A stretch of 64,000 nt of DNA from Chloropicon primus (lineage: Eukaryota), in the NCBI GenBank assembly GCA_023205875.1, contig CP060758.1, positions 806,001 through 870,000 of the forward strand. Direction: 5' to 3'. A program made the position numbers and the translations under genes. The notes below the pieces were generated by a model, which saw only the letters and a list, made by a program, of their open reading frames with translations, was not told the origin of the DNA and did no database searches. Positions 31,821-43,836 of the stretch are shown here, piece after piece. The first letter of the stretch is position 1; the number at the start of each line of letters is the position of its first letter.

Positions 31821-32828
31821 TCACAGTTTCTTTGGCAAACCCTGCTTCGGAATGGGGTGAAAGTATCGCTCCACGTCGAATTTTGCGCCCAACGTGCTGA
31901 GCTTGGCGAAGCCCGCCGCAAAATCGATCTGGTAGTTCGTCTGCGTAACCGTCTGCCTCGACTGCTGGTAAGACTTTGTGTAAAAGGCAAACTTGCCGTC
32001 GATCTCCTTCAGTTGGGACTCGACCTCCTCCAGCGTTCCCGTCGGGAAGCAAGCCGCTAGCGCAGTCACGTTGCCGGCGGTGAGCCCGTTGCCGAGCGCC
32101 CTCTGCGCCAGGTCCGCCGTCGACAAGCTCAGGGACGAGCCGTCGGGGGCCTCGGCGTCCACCCGACCCAGTGGCGGAGGCGGAAAGTCGTTCCCGTAAC
32201 CCTGCAGGATGACGTTGGCGCTGGTGGGGTCCTTGGCCTTGTCCACGATCTGCTTGATGAAGTTCGACCGGACCTTGTAGTACGCCGCAAAGACGATCAT
32301 GTCGGCCACGGAGATGGTGAGAGGGAACTTGGAGGCCCTCTCGGCCTCCTCCTTGGCCTTTTTGATCTGGCTCACGGTCGTGGAAAGCTCCCCGTCCAAG
32401 CCCAGCGCCTTGAGCTCGTCCGGAAACAGGGCGATGGATCCGTTCGCCCCGCCCGTCTTGGCGCCCTTGTCGTACGACACGGCGTCCAGGAAGGCCAGCT
32501 TCAGGCACTTGACGTAATCGTCGCTCACGTTCGCCTTGATCGCGTCCTTGATCAGACCCAGGACCTCCTGCCTTTGCTGCGCCTTGGCCCCCTTCGGCAA
32601 CGATTTCACAGGGGTCATCGCGACGCCCTCCTCCGCCAGGGCGACGGAGCTCCCACCCGTCGTCGCGAGCCCAAGCCCGAGCGCGAAGACCACGTCCCTC
32701 CGAGTGGTGGAGAAGGACTCGTCCCTCTTCCTCGATCCCGTCGGAGAGGGCCCTTTCTTCGAGGCGCAGGCCCTCACGCAGCACGGCCTCCCCCGCAAGG
32801 CCCCCATCCCCTTCAACCCCATCCCCAT
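31821..32828 (-). CDS. TL29: Thylakoid lumenal 29 kDa protein / APX4-like
   Basis: Twin-arginine lumen signal (TRRDVV..AEE), DAVSYDKGAKTGGANGSI, ISVADMI, YQQSRQTVTQTNYQID. Confidence 0.88.
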   Translation of the reverse strand: MGMGLKGMGALRGRPCCVRACASKKGPSPTGSRKRDESFSTTRRDVVFALGLGLATTGGSSVALAEEGVAMTPVKSLPKGAKAQQRQEVLGLIKDAIKANVSDDYVKCLKLAFLDAVSYDKGAKTGGANGSIALFPDELKALGLDGELSTTVSQIKKAKEEAERASKFPLTISVADMIVFAAYYKVRSNFIKQIVDKAKDPTSANVILQGYGNDFPPPPLGRVDAEAPDGSSLSLSTADLAQRALGNGLTAGNVTALAACFPTGTLEEVESQLKEIDGKFAFYTKSYQQSRQTVTQTNYQIDFAAGFAKLSTLGAKFDVERYFHPIPKQGLPKKL

Positions 32829-33503
32829 GGCTCCTTTCGCTCGGTGTTCCACGCCAAAGCAACAAACTCTTCCCTTCGGTCGAACGCAGCAGAGAGAGAG
32901 AGAAAAAAAACCAAACGCAGACCCAGACGCAGACGCACGTTTCAGTCTCTTCCGTTGTCCTCCAAGCAAGGAACGCAGGAGCGAGCGAAGCCTCCCCCTC
33001 ACCTTTGAGCTCTTGGAGGAGATCTCGACCGGGCTTATCCACAAACCCAGAGAGGAGAGTTTTTTCGTTTTTCGTGGCCAGACGGCGAGCGAGGGGAGTG
33101 CGGTGCGGTGTGCGAACGAGGTGAGTGAGGGTGACGGAAAGGACGAGCAAAGGGGGGAGGCATTGCGTTCTTCGCGTCTTTCTCTTTCGAAGGACACCTC
33201 GCTCGGAGGAAGGGACAACAAACTGAGGTCACGGGGGACTGAAACAGAACCTGGTTTCGTCGTTGCGTTGCAGACGTGGTGGACATTGACTGACGCCACT
33301 TTGAGCAAAGGGGGGAGGCCGAGGGCCACGGGTTAGGGCTGGTGCGCAAGACCTCGTCCCACGAGCTCGCGATTGGTGCGACGCCTGACCTGCTCGAGGC
33401 CACGCACGCACGCACGAGAGAGAGAGAGAGGTGTGTGTGTGTGTGTGTGTGTGACGTGGCAAAGGTGTCGAGGGTCAGAGGAAGGTGGTGTAGCGGAGAG
33501 GTC

Positions 33504-34715
33504 ATGAGATTGGGACGAAGGGCGACGTCGTGTGCGATGTACGCGTCGTCGACGACGGCGTCCTCGTCCGCGGGGAGCTGCGGGGTCGCGAGCGCGAGGA
33601 GGCAAGCCCAGGGAGGGCGTCCGAGGCTGGGGGGGGGGAGGTGGCGCGACGGCAGGGCGGTGCGCGTGCGCTCGGGGATGGGGGAGGACGCGGAGAGGGA
33701 CTGGAGCGAGGGGGAGTCCTCCTCCTCGTCCTCCTCGTCCCTGTCGCCCGAGTTTGTTCCGCTGTCGCAGAGGACGGAGTTCGAGGAAGCCATGGAGGCG
33801 CAGGGCTTGGACAGCGAGAAGGTTCCCGTGGCAACGCGAGCGAGCTCTCCCCCGAAAAGCATCGAGGAGTACGACAGGGAGTTCGCCCTGGCGGAGAGTC
33901 GCGAGAGGAGGTCGGCCATGCTCGCCGAGGGGGAAGACAAGACAGCAGTGCAGAAGTTTCTGTTTCCGGACAAGGAGCAGCTCCCGGACGACGTGGAGAT
34001 GTCCATCTGGGAGCACCTCGACGAGCTGCGCGAGAGGGTCCTCGTGTCGGTCGTCGGCGTCGGCGTCACTATCGTCGGCTGCTTCGCGTACTCGAAGCAG
34101 CTCGTGGAAATCTTGGAGGCGCCCGTCGCGGACAAAGGCGTGAAATTCCTTCAGCTCTCCCCCGGAGAGTTCTTCTTCACGTCCTTCAAGGTCGCGGGGT
34201 ACACCGGCCTCCTCCTCGGGGCGCCCTTGATCCTGTACGAGATCATCGCGTTCGTCCTTCCGGGCCTCACGGTCTCGGAGAGGAAGTTCCTTGGACCAAT
34301 CGTCCTCGGGTCGTCGGTGCTCTTTTACGTGGGCTTGTTCTTCTCTTACGCCGTGCTCACCCCCGCGGCCCTGACGTTCTTCGTCAGCTACGCGGACGGG
34401 GCGGTCGAGAGCCTGTGGTCCATCGACAAGTACTTTGAATTCGTACTGGTGCTCATGCTGAGCACCGGGCTGTCTTTCCAGGTGCCTGTGATCCAGGTCT
34501 TGCTTGGGCAGACGGGGCTCGTGAATTCGGACACCATGTTCGGCGCCTGGAGGTACGTCGTCGTGGGAAGCGTCGTTGCCGCTGCCGTCCTCACGCCCTC
34601 CACGGACCCGTTCACGCAGACCCTCCTGGCGGCGCCCCTGATAGGCCTCTACCTTGGCGGGGCGGGGCTCGTCCGGCTCACGGAGCAGAGCAAGTCGACT
34701 GGGGAGCTGCAGTAG
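33504..34715 (+). CDS. tatC: Chloroplast twin-arginine translocase subunit TatC
   Basis: [32 protein letters not shown]. Confidence 0.95.
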   Translation: MRLGRRATSCAMYASSTTASSSAGSCGVASARRQAQGGRPRLGGGRWRDGRAVRVRSGMGEDAERDWSEGESSSSSSSSLSPEFVPLSQRTEFEEAMEAQGLDSEKVPVATRASSPPKSIEEYDREFALAESRERRSAMLAEGEDKTAVQKFLFPDKEQLPDDVEMSIWEHLDELRERVLVSVVGVGVTIVGCFAYSKQLVEILEAPVADKGVKFLQLSPGEFFFTSFKVAGYTGLLLGAPLILYEIIAFVLPGLTVSERKFLGPIVLGSSVLFYVGLFFSYAVLTPAALTFFVSYADGAVESLWSIDKYFEFVLVLMLSTGLSFQVPVIQVLLGQTGLVNSDTMFGAWRYVVVGSVVAAAVLTPSTDPFTQTLLAAPLIGLYLGGAGLVRLTEQSKSTGELQ

Positions 34716-34803
34716 GAGGAAAATGAGAATTGATTGTAACAGCGCGCCGCGCATATACCAGACGAACAAGAAAAAAGTTTTAAGGGATATTCATCATCTT
34801 ACT

Positions 34804-35856
34804 TCAGCCGACGTTCAAGACCGTCGTCAGGGTCGCCAAGTTGGGCGCGAGGCACTGAAGGATGGAGGGACCGCCGTTGAATGGCGTGGTGAAGCGAACA
34901 GTCTCTCCGCTGGGGGTCGTGCCATTCTTCTGAAAGATCGTGTTGGTCTGCTCGGACGCGGGGAGCCCGAAGGCCTCCAGCATGACCGGAGCAAAGGCCA
35001 AGATCTGCTCGGTCGTGCAGCCAGCGTTGTAGTAGTCATCCACGAGCTTTGGCAGCCGCTCTCCGACCGTCTCGAACATGGTGCCTTGGGTCACAATCAC
35101 CGCAACAGGTTGGATGTAACCCTGATCGACGATGCACTGGTTCGGAAGTGTCACCAACCAATTGTATATTGGGGGGTTGTTGGAGATCACGTTGGCGTAC
35201 AAGGTCGGGATGAGTGCCTGGAGTTGCGGAGGAATACCACCTGATCCCCCTCCCGAGCCCCCGCCCCCGATGAGCGCCGGGTTCTCCAGGACCGACTGGA
35301 TGACAGGATTCGCCAAGACGGCGTTGATCGCGTCGAAGAACGGCTCCGTTTCACCGCCGCACTCGTAGTAGCTGCTGATCACGTACGGGATGAATGGCCC
35401 CAGCTCCTCAAGCAGGGGCTGCAGATCCGGAGGCGCCAAGTTGGCGTCAATCACCGTGCTGAGCAGGCCCTTGAACCCTGTCCCGAGCACGAGCTCCCCC
35501 ACGTCGACGCCGTCCAGGAGGACCTCGAGCGCGGGGAGGAGCGACGCCAGAGCCTGGAGTCTGGAGGAGGATGGCTCCTCGCTCCCGGTCAAAGCTGAGA
35601 AGGCGGCTGGATCAGACAGAGCGAGGCCTGCCGCGGCCACGAGCTGCTCCTGCGTCCCTCGAGCCCCGACGTAGTCGTAGAGGAACGTCATCAGGTAAGG
35701 CGAGACCTGGTTCATGACGCTGCCAATGATCCCAGGCCCAGGCGAGGAGGACTTTACTCGAATCCAGTTCGCGGACGTCTCGCCCGCGAGGAGGACGAGG
35801 ACGAGGAGGAGAACTGCGGCGAGGGGGGCAGGGGAGGCACGCGATCGTCGCCCCAT
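34804..35856 (-). CDS. Hypothetical secreted protein
   Basis: Signal peptide; 350-aa ORF with host-like codon usage; no family recognised. Confidence 0.6.
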   Translation of the reverse strand: MGRRSRASPAPLAAVLLLVLVLLAGETSANWIRVKSSSPGPGIIGSVMNQVSPYLMTFLYDYVGARGTQEQLVAAAGLALSDPAAFSALTGSEEPSSSRLQALASLLPALEVLLDGVDVGELVLGTGFKGLLSTVIDANLAPPDLQPLLEELGPFIPYVISSYYECGGETEPFFDAINAVLANPVIQSVLENPALIGGGGSGGGSGGIPPQLQALIPTLYANVISNNPPIYNWLVTLPNQCIVDQGYIQPVAVIVTQGTMFETVGERLPKLVDDYYNAGCTTEQILAFAPVMLEAFGLPASEQTNTIFQKNGTTPSGETVRFTTPFNGGPSILQCLAPNLATLTTVLNVG

Positions 35857-36107
35857 CGTGGAGAATGGGGTGGGGGGGTCTCCCCCTCCCCCGGCCGCGA
35901 TGCGATCGATCGATCCCTCGTCTCGACAGGCGAGGGGTCAACGCCCAAGATTCTTGGTCTTGGAGGGGAGAAGAATTTTTGTTTTTTGGGGGGGACGTTA
36001 CTTTACTTTTAACCGAAAATTGACGTGGTGGGGTGCCCCCACTCGGATGTCCCGATGACACTTTTGACCCGCCACACCACCTCCGCGACCACCCACTCTC
36101 AACAACC

Positions 36108-37857
36108 TCAAAGCAGGGTGCGAAGGTGCCCGAGCCACTCGTCCCGGCCCTCCTTCGAGCCCGGGTCCAGCTTCATGTCGTGCACGTCGTTCTCAATGGC
36201 GAAGGCGAAGGGCCTGTCCGAGCTCTTGATGTCGTCGACGACCTTGGCGTCCTTGAGGTTCACCCGCCTCATCTTGCCGCCGTCCTTGCCGCTGGGGTAC
36301 TCCACGATGAAGGTCCGCCTCAGTCGAAGCAGGTTGATCTTCCTCCTCTTCCACTCCGCCATCTTGATGAGCTCCTTCTTGCCGCCCTCCTTCTTGAACA
36401 TCTCTTGGCTCAGGACGAGCTCGTACTCGGGGATCGGCTGGCCTTGGACCACGTTCAGCACGTCGAAGTACGAGGTCAGGTAGTGGTCCTGGATCATGGA
36501 GTCGGACAGCTCGAAGCGGTTGAGGCCGGACCAACCGTGGGAAACCTGGAACGCCTCGTAGCCGGCCTCGCTCACCCTCAGCATGACCACAAGGTCGCCG
36601 GGAGGGAAGAGGGGCTGGATGGCCTTCTCCTCCCCTGGGTACTGGGGGTACTCGCGCACGGATGCGGCGGCGTCTCCGGCACCGCTCTCCCCCTTCTCCT
36701 TCCCCGTGAAAGACAACTTGGACATCTTCCCGGTAGCGTAAGCGGTCATCGAGCTGAGTTTCGGCTTCAGCATGGCCGCGGCCTTTTTCCCCATGTCGCT
36801 CACCTGGCCCACCGCTCTCTTCGTGGAGTCCGTGGCCTTATTGTACGCCTTCATCGAAGCCACCCTCGTGGTGACTTCCCCGCACTTTGTTCCCACGTAG
36901 TCCGCCATCTTACCCGCCCTCGTCGAAGCCAAGTCTTCTCGGGCCATCTGGCCCCAGTTCAGTTGAAGCAGCTCCTCGGTCAACCCCCGCATATTCGCCA
37001 CGGACATCCTGCACACGATGTCGTCGTTGCAGACCAGGGACTCGATGTAGGGCTTCGATTCGACGGCAAGGCTGAGCTCAACCACGGGTGGAGGAGCGAT
37101 AGCGTAGCAGGACAAGCTCTTGATGGCGTTGGTCTCCTTGAGCAGAATAGCGAGCAACGCCGCAGTTCCCGCCCCGAGGCTGTGGCCCACCAGGACCACG
37201 CGGAACCCCTCGTCGGAGAGATCCGCAAGCTGCTGCTGCACCTTCTCCAGGAGGGCCTTGGCGCTCTGAAGCATGCCTCTGTGCATTGCCCGGCCGGAAT
37301 GGACCTCCGCTTTGCTGTCCAAGTCAGTGAGCATCTGTTTTGGTGTTGGAGGAGAAGAGAAGAGAAGAGGGGGAGGGTCGTCAGGTGCCAGTCCACGGCC
37401 TGTGCAAGGCGGAGGGGAATCGCTGGATGCCGAATGTACGTACGTCTTTCCTGGTGACGGTTCCCCTGACACCGAAGACCACCACCTTGTCCGCTTTGTT
37501 GTACGCCCAATAGTGTGCGGGCACGGAGAATTTGCTCTCGACCTCGGCGTGGACCAGAGTCAAGCCGTGCTCGGACAAAAGATACTTTCTGATGGCGGCC
37601 TCGTCCTTCGTGTAAGCAATGTCAGCAAGAGAGCTCGCCCAAGCGAACTTCTTCAACCTCTCCTGCGGACAACTCGATGCCTCCCTACTGGCGAGGAGGT
37701 CTGCCTTTCTTTTCTCAAAATCGAACTCAGTTTTCCGTTTCTCCGACAGGTAAGCCAGTCCAACAAGGATGTCCGTCAGTTTCCACTCTGAACCCAACGC
37801 CTTGTTCCCCGCGGAAAGGCTCTCCGCCACGCTCATCATGTCCTTCTTCCACCCCAT
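36108..37857 (-). CDS. Lipase class 3 (DAG-lipase-like) with C-terminal PH-like domain, one intron
   Basis: VRGT, HRGM, VGHSLGAG, NDDIVCR, DH; C-terminal KEGG..WKRR..F..Y..EW. Confidence 0.82.
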
Positions 37858-38130
37858 GGCTCCAAGGCGCAATCTTCTTCTGCTTCATCTATCTTGTCTC
37901 CAAAAGCAAAAAACAAAAAAAGGGGGAGAAAAGGGGGACGGTTACACCTTGTGGGACAGTTTGGTTGGTTGGTTGGTTGGTTGGTTGGGCTTGTCTGCAC
38001 GCGAAGCTCTGCGTTTTTGGTGCCGCTGCTGCTGAGCTGATATGAGTTCATCAGGTGAAGTGAGTGCCGCTATATTCTTCTTGATTTTATAATAGTCTAT
38101 ATCATTTTTCTTTCCGCGTTCGAACACTGG

Positions 38131-41100
38131 TTAGAGTTGGTCGCTCAAGGGGTTGAACTGCGTCTGCCTCTTCGGTTCAGGTGTATCGTAGCTGAAGTGG
38201 TTCATACTGGCACGAGCTGTTGGGGATCCGAACCCATTCAGGTCCGAGTAAAACTTGTTTCTGGCCACGTGGCCAGAGTTCTTGCGCTTCTTGTATCCGT
38301 ACATGCCTAGCGTAAGCACCACGAGAGCTCCACCGCCTATTCCTGCGAGCAGTCCGATGGGGGGCAAGCTGGCCTTTTTCGCGTCCTCTTGCTCTACTTG
38401 CACGTCTCCATTTAGCGTCGTGAATTGCTTGATTTGGTCGAGGTCCACGTTGTCCTTGTCTGCAATGCCCAAGGCGTTGCTGAACGCGTCAGAGTCTTTG
38501 ATGACATCGACCACCATCGTCAAGTCCTTCACATCTGTTTTCGTCTTTTCAGCCTGTGCCTCACTCCCTTGTCCCTCGTACTCGATTTGGACGTTCGTGA
38601 TCAAGCTGCCTTGCATCAGGATGACAAGGACGCGCTCCCGCGGTACTCCGGCGACCCTTGACCAAGACGTCTTCAGATCCTCTTCGATGGCACCGAGCTT
38701 GCCGTCGGCCTTCAGGGCCGCATAATCGACTCCCTCGAAGCGCAGTGAGAAGAGCACCTTGACCTTCTTGCTTTCATCCTCGGGGCTTGGTTGAGGTGGA
38801 GGTGGAGGTGGTGGGGGCGGGGATGGCGGTGGAGGTGGGGGCGATGGCGGTGGGGGCGGGGATGGAGGTGGAGGTGGGGGCGATGGCGGTGGGGGCGGGG
38901 ATGGAGGTGGAGGTGGGGGCGATGGCGGTGGGGGCGGGGATGGAGGTGGAGGTGGGGGCGATGGTGGTGGAGGTGGAGATGGGGTTGGTGGAGGTGGTGG
39001 AGGGTACGGAAGTGCAACCAGGGGATAGTCCGTTTCGGCTCCGCCAAACATGGCGAGCATGTCGCTCCCAGCTGTCTTAGAATTCAAAGCCATGGTACTC
39101 GAACCATCAGCTGCAACGTTGACGCACTGCTTGAAAGGGTACGCCACAGGAGCCGGAAAGTTCTCGTACTTCTTGGAGCAGGTGGCGTCCTCGTACACGT
39201 TGAGATACATACCGGACGAGTTTGTGGTCACGATGTAACTGTAGTCCTCGCCAGACAGGCACGTGCTCGAGGGGGCAAATTTGTACTTTGGCGGACCATT
39301 TGCGAAGGAGCAGTTATACTCGTCGAAGTGCAGGTACACCAAGTCGTAAGTCTCCGCATGGAATTGTGCGGGCTCCACCTCGTCAAGTTTTATGTTGCCG
39401 AGCGGAGAGCAGGAGAGGTCCAGATCGTTTCCAAAAGCTGCCATCTCGGAAACGTCTGTGCCGTTACATCCTGGCGACGCCCAAACGACGTAAAAGGGCT
39501 CGCCGTCGTCCACAACAAGTGCTACGCTCATGTTACCTTCCTCGTAGCAGACTTCCATCTCCCAAAGCTGCTCGTAATCCGCCGTGTTTTCGCCGTTGCA
39601 GAGCTCGTCGGCGTATTCCTTCACGTGGACCCACTTCTTGTTTGGCCCTGGTTCAGGGAATGGAATGTGGGGCTCGTGTGTCTGGTTGGCGAACGGGAAG
39701 AGCTCCGGATGGTGCTCCTCTCCAAACGCCTTCATCAGTGTATCTAATGCCCCGTTCCTTCCTGTTACAATCATGTAGTGGTGAGGCTGGTTGTCATCCC
39801 AGGGGTTGATGCACGCGTCCATTGGCAGCTGCTCTCTCGTGTAGTTCCCAGTGCAATTGTCAATGTCAAACTTTTTACTCCCGAGGTAACGCACGCTTTT
39901 CGCTTCGTCATCGTCATACCCAATAGCCGGGAAGAGCATTTCGTTGTCCACGTCGGCCCCGTTCATGCACTCGTAGTAGTTCATCATCACAAAGCTAACC
40001 TGTGCGCCCGAGTCATATTTGCAGTAATGCGCGCCCACGACATCTGCTGTGACGTTCAAGCCTTGGGCTGGAACATTTGTCCGCGCCACGCGAGCCCAGC
40101 CATATTCGTAGTAGAATGCGTCCTTGAAGCAGGAGTTGTCGTCGACGGTGCGTGCATCGAACTGCTTGGCGTGTTCGCACCCAAATCCTGTGAAGAGGAA
40201 AATTTCTGTCCCCGTGATTATCTGGGACTGCTGCTGGTTCGTATCCGGGTGGAAGTTGTCAAAGCACTTGTTCTCCTCAAAGACCCTGTAGATCGTTCCC
40301 GGAGCGTTCTGGGCACAGGTGTCGTCAGGACCAGTGTACGCAACCACGCTCCAAGTTTTGTTGGAGATTGGCTCGAACGGGTAATCGCGTGGGGTTCCCC
40401 CGAAGATGGTAACCATCTCGGACGAGGGATCCTTGGCAGAAATGGCCATGATTGAGCTTCCATCCTCCTGATTCACGCATTGCCTGAAAGGGAAGAACTG
40501 CTCCGCCGTCACGTTGAAGGTGGGGCAAAAGTTTCCGCCGTACTCCTTCACGTTCACGCCCGTCGCGTTCGTTGACAAGGCAATGCTTTCCAGTTCTGAG
40601 GGGTCCTCGTTGTCTGGGGACGAGAGGCAGGCGTCGAAGGGGAACATGCGGTATTCCAGCGCTTGGTCTTCCAGCTTGCAGTCAGGTCCGAAGAAAAACA
40701 GGCCAATCGCTCCATAATCTGCGTCAAAGCTCTCGGGCTCCACAACACGTGCTTTTGCCCTGCCTTCAAAGACAGGAGAGCAGTCAAGACCCAAATCCAT
40801 CGATATGGGTACCCTGTAGCTCAACGTACCGCTCTCAAAGCAGCCTGGACCCTCCCAACCGTAGAGGTAGAGCTCGTTGTGCGTCGCATTGTCATAGAAC
40901 ACCATTTTACTCTCCCCGTCGACGAAATAGCAAACACCAAGCTCAACTAGTCTCTCGAAATCCTGAGTGTTCTCGTCGCCGCAACCGTCTTTTCTGAAGC
41001 CTTTGATCCACAGCCACCGCTTTTCTGTCATGTTCGCAGGGCTTGGAGCGAATGGCGGTAAGGTTTGGTTCATGAAAGGAAACGCGTTCAACGGCATGTC

Positions 41101-43203
41101 GAATTCTTGCACCAGTCCCGTCAGAGCCCCGGACGTCGGATTGGCCGTGTAATAGTTCCCGGGCTCTTCTTGGTTGTGGCGCGGAAAGCAAGCATTTGGC
41201 TGCATGCCGTGCATCGCGTAGCTTCCAGTGCAATTTCCCGAATTCTCGAATTGTTTCTCCATGATCATGTCCTGGCCATCAATTGTCACTGGGTACCAAC
41301 GACTTCCGCCGTCCCATGGGCTGCAGTCCGTGTAGTCTCTCGCCACGTAACCGATCGCGCTGTAGTCAAATTTGCAACCTTTTGAGACAACGACGTCTGA
41401 AGTAACGTTCAAGCTGTTTGGGATCACCGTGGTGCTCTGGAACTGCCAGTAATACGGGCTCCCGGGCGTAGGGTCCTGTATGCACGAGCCTGGTCCAATG
41501 GTTTGGGTGCCTGACTGAGCCTGCGGCTGGCACTGCTTTCCCGAGTAGAGCTTCAATTCCGTGCTGGTGAACATGGCAGATCCATCAGAGTCGTCGTCAT
41601 CGTAGCACAAGCCATTCTCAGCAACCAGCAAGGGGTCACCACCCGCGGCTGGCCCGAAGCAATGGGGGTCCGTGAACAGCCTGTACGTGGACCACGTCTT
41701 GGCGGCTACCGGGGGGCTAAACAAAGGAAAGTCTCCCGAAGATGATCCTGGAAACATCGCGAGGAGATCGTGCGCAGCTGTCTCGGGATCGAGAATCATC
41801 TCGCTGCTTTGGTCTCCCTCGCTTGGCAGACACGTTCGGAAAGGCAATTCATGGGTCCACGCTTGACTTGCTTGGTTGCAAGGCTGATCTTTGTTGAAAC
41901 CCGTCCTCGTCACCTTGTTAGGACCGGTGCGCTGCCACATCTGGGGGCCCTCTTCGGCTCCGAGGCACGTGTCCAAGGGATAGAACTGATACAAGAACCC
42001 GTTTGGATCGCTCGTGTCGCACGAATTCGAGGTGGTCCACCTCAGAATGACGACGCCGTACTTGCTCGTGTCGACCGTGTTCGCAACTACCTTTTGGATT
42101 GCATGCCTCTCCCAAAGCTTCGAGCAGCCCAAGTGCAAATCTGCTCCAATAGGAAGCTGGTAGGCAGGCCCCGCGTCTTCGCACGTCGAGCTGTTCATGA
42201 AGATGAAATAAGCCATGTCACCAACCTCATCGCCCGTCATAAGCTGACTGATGTTACTGCCAGGGTACCTGTAGCACCTTCCCACCTGAAGGATGTATTC
42301 GTACTCGTTGTTCTCGTCATCTGAGCAGGCGTTGTCGTTGTAAACTTTCACTTTCACCCAATCCTTGTCTTGAGGCTCGGGCTTGGGAGTCCACGGGGGA
42401 GCCGTGGTGTTGTAGAACGGGAAATGATGCGCGTTTGTATCCTTCCGGAGTCCCATAAAGTGGTCGAGAGCCCCCGACCTTCCGTGAACATTGATGTACG
42501 CATCAGCTGTCGGGGCGTCTGGGGTAACGGAAACACAAGTATCAAAGGGAAGGACGGAAGTCACCTCGTACGAGTTCCCCTCCTCGCATCCCGCGGCGAA
42601 AATCTTGTTGACAACGTACTTTGTGTAGCCCAAGACAGCCGGGTGGGATTTTGAGTACCCGTCGTAAGTGTAGCACTTCCCGTAGGACCTCAAGTCGTAG
42701 AAGTCGTTCGTCTTCAGACTGGAACCAGGAAGATCGCACCGATTTGCCGCAATGTCTTCGCTCATCACGTAGGTGTTCGAGAAAAGGCTGGTGGTGTTGA
42801 AGTAGAGATAGTACTCGCTTCCCGTCCTCTCCAGGAGGCAAGTGCCTGTCGTTGTAGGGTCCTTCACAATCACCTTGGCGTCATCGCAGTTCAGATCTTC
42901 GTAAAGCGTCACATCTTGACTGGAGAACTTGAACGAGTACTGCTGGGCAGAGGGGCCATCCTCGTACGTATTGTAGCAAAAACCGTTCTGATAAATTCTC
43001 CTTGGATGCCCTTGAGAGTCGCCCGAGACCGTCATATCGCAAGTCGGAGACTTCACGATGTCCACCACCGTGAATGTGTTGGCGACGTCGCCACCCACTG
43101 GACCGTCGTGGCCATACGCACCGACGTTGTCAGGGGCACCAAATGCGGCGAAGGCCAGCACAAGCAACAAGACGGAGGCTGAAACCTCCCGCGCTCGGCC
43201 CAT
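38131..43203 (-). CDS. Large type-I membrane/cell-surface protein: three Cys-rich modules, SPPPP linker, SEA-like domain, TM helix
   Basis: Signal peptide; recurring NGFCY/NGLCY/NKCF and FPF.N.T.PP motifs; (SPPPP)n; hydrophobic GIGGGALVVLTLGMYGY followed by KKRK. Confidence 0.8.
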   Translation of the reverse strand: MGRAREVSASVLLLVLAFAAFGAPDNVGAYGHDGPVGGDVANTFTVVDIVKSPTCDMTVSGDSQGHPRRIYQNGFCYNTYEDGPSAQQYSFKFSSQDVTLYEDLNCDDAKVIVKDPTTTGTCLLERTGSEYYLYFNTTSLFSNTYVMSEDIAANRCDLPGSSLKTNDFYDLRSYGKCYTYDGYSKSHPAVLGYTKYVVNKIFAAGCEEGNSYEVTSVLPFDTCVSVTPDAPTADAYINVHGRSGALDHFMGLRKDTNAHHFPFYNTTAPPWTPKPEPQDKDWVKVKVYNDNACSDDENNEYEYILQVGRCYRYPGSNISQLMTGDEVGDMAYFIFMNSSTCEDAGPAYQLPIGADLHLGCSKLWERHAIQKVVANTVDTSKYGVVILRWTTSNSCDTSDPNGFLYQFYPLDTCLGAEEGPQMWQRTGPNKVTRTGFNKDQPCNQASQAWTHELPFRTCLPSEGDQSSEMILDPETAAHDLLAMFPGSSSGDFPLFSPPVAAKTWSTYRLFTDPHCFGPAAGGDPLLVAENGLCYDDDDSDGSAMFTSTELKLYSGKQCQPQAQSGTQTIGPGSCIQDPTPGSPYYWQFQSTTVIPNSLNVTSDVVVSKGCKFDYSAIGYVARDYTDCSPWDGGSRWYPVTIDGQDMIMEKQFENSGNCTGSYAMHGMQPNACFPRHNQEEPGNYYTANPTSGALTGLVQEFDMPLNAFPFMNQTLPPFAPSPANMTEKRWLWIKGFRKDGCGDENTQDFERLVELGVCYFVDGESKMVFYDNATHNELYLYGWEGPGCFESGTLSYRVPISMDLGLDCSPVFEGRAKARVVEPESFDADYGAIGLFFFGPDCKLEDQALEYRMFPFDACLSSPDNEDPSELESIALSTNATGVNVKEYGGNFCPTFNVTAEQFFPFRQCVNQEDGSSIMAISAKDPSSEMVTIFGGTPRDYPFEPISNKTWSVVAYTGPDDTCAQNAPGTIYRVFEENKCFDNFHPDTNQQQSQIITGTEIFLFTGFGCEHAKQFDARTVDDNSCFKDAFYYEYGWARVARTNVPAQGLNVTADVVGAHYCKYDSGAQVSFVMMNYYECMNGADVDNEMLFPAIGYDDDEAKSVRYLGSKKFDIDNCTGNYTREQLPMDACINPWDDNQPHHYMIVTGRNGALDTLMKAFGEEHHPELFPFANQTHEPHIPFPEPGPNKKWVHVKEYADELCNGENTADYEQLWEMEVCYEEGNMSVALVVDDGEPFYVVWASPGCNGTDVSEMAAFGNDLDLSCSPLGNIKLDEVEPAQFHAETYDLVYLHFDEYNCSFANGPPKYKFAPSSTCLSGEDYSYIVTTNSSGMYLNVYEDATCSKKYENFPAPVAYPFKQCVNVAADGSSTMALNSKTAGSDMLAMFGGAETDYPLVALPYPPPPPPTPSPPPPPSPPPPPPSPPPPPSPPPPPPSPPPPPSPPPPPPSPPPPPSPPPPPPSPPPPPPPPPQPSPEDESKKVKVLFSLRFEGVDYAALKADGKLGAIEEDLKTSWSRVAGVPRERVLVILMQGSLITNVQIEYEGQGSEAQAEKTKTDVKDLTMVVDVIKDSDAFSNALGIADKDNVDLDQIKQFTTLNGDVQVEQEDAKKASLPPIGLLAGIGGGALVVLTLGMYGYKKRKNSGHVARNKFYSDLNGFGSPTARASMNHFSYDTPEPKRQTQFNPLSDQL
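38791..39004. repeat. Coding minisatellite (~39-bp unit) encoding an extensin-like SPPPP tract
   Basis: Repeated GGTGGAGGTGGGGGCGATGGCGGTGGGGGCGGGGATGGA units. Confidence 0.9.
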
Positions 43204-43836
43204 CGTACTCGACCAAGAGTTTCCCGCCTCTCTCTCTCTCGTAGTCAAAACTTTTTGCGCTCCCGCACGCGCGCCTTTGGATTCAAGAGCAAGCCAAGGG
43301 TGCGACCTCGCCTCGTCCAAGATTCACGAAACCAAAGTGCGCGACGGCCACCGGTCGCTGACCTCTTGTTCTCGACCCAAGGGAGGACGAGGATCCCGCA
43401 CCGCTTTCCCCTTTCCCCTTACAGTGAGGAGTGGCCATCTCGAGAGAGAGAGAGAGAGAGGGGAAAGAGAGAGAGAGAGGAGAGAGAGAGCAAGGGAGGG
43501 AGAGGGGCCGAGGAGGCGTGATTCAGTTGGAGGAGTGTCGCACCGAGTCGCACCAAGTCTCACGATCTTTCCCTTGACTCTCTCCGTTCGTTCGTCGCAA
43601 TAACACAAGTGCCTTCCATCCAGAGAGAGAGAGGGAGGGAGGGAGGGAATCGCAAGCGGAAGGGAGGATTGGCGGACAGAGAGGGAGAGGAGGGGTGAGG
43701 AGGGGTGGGACGAGGTGTCGCAAGAGCGTCCTTGGATTGAGCCTCCTGCGTCCGTTGAAAGCGAGGCTTCGATCGGTTGGTCTGGAGGATTGGAGCCACA
43801 GAGTCGCCGAAGAAGGAACCGGGGACGAAGGGGGAG

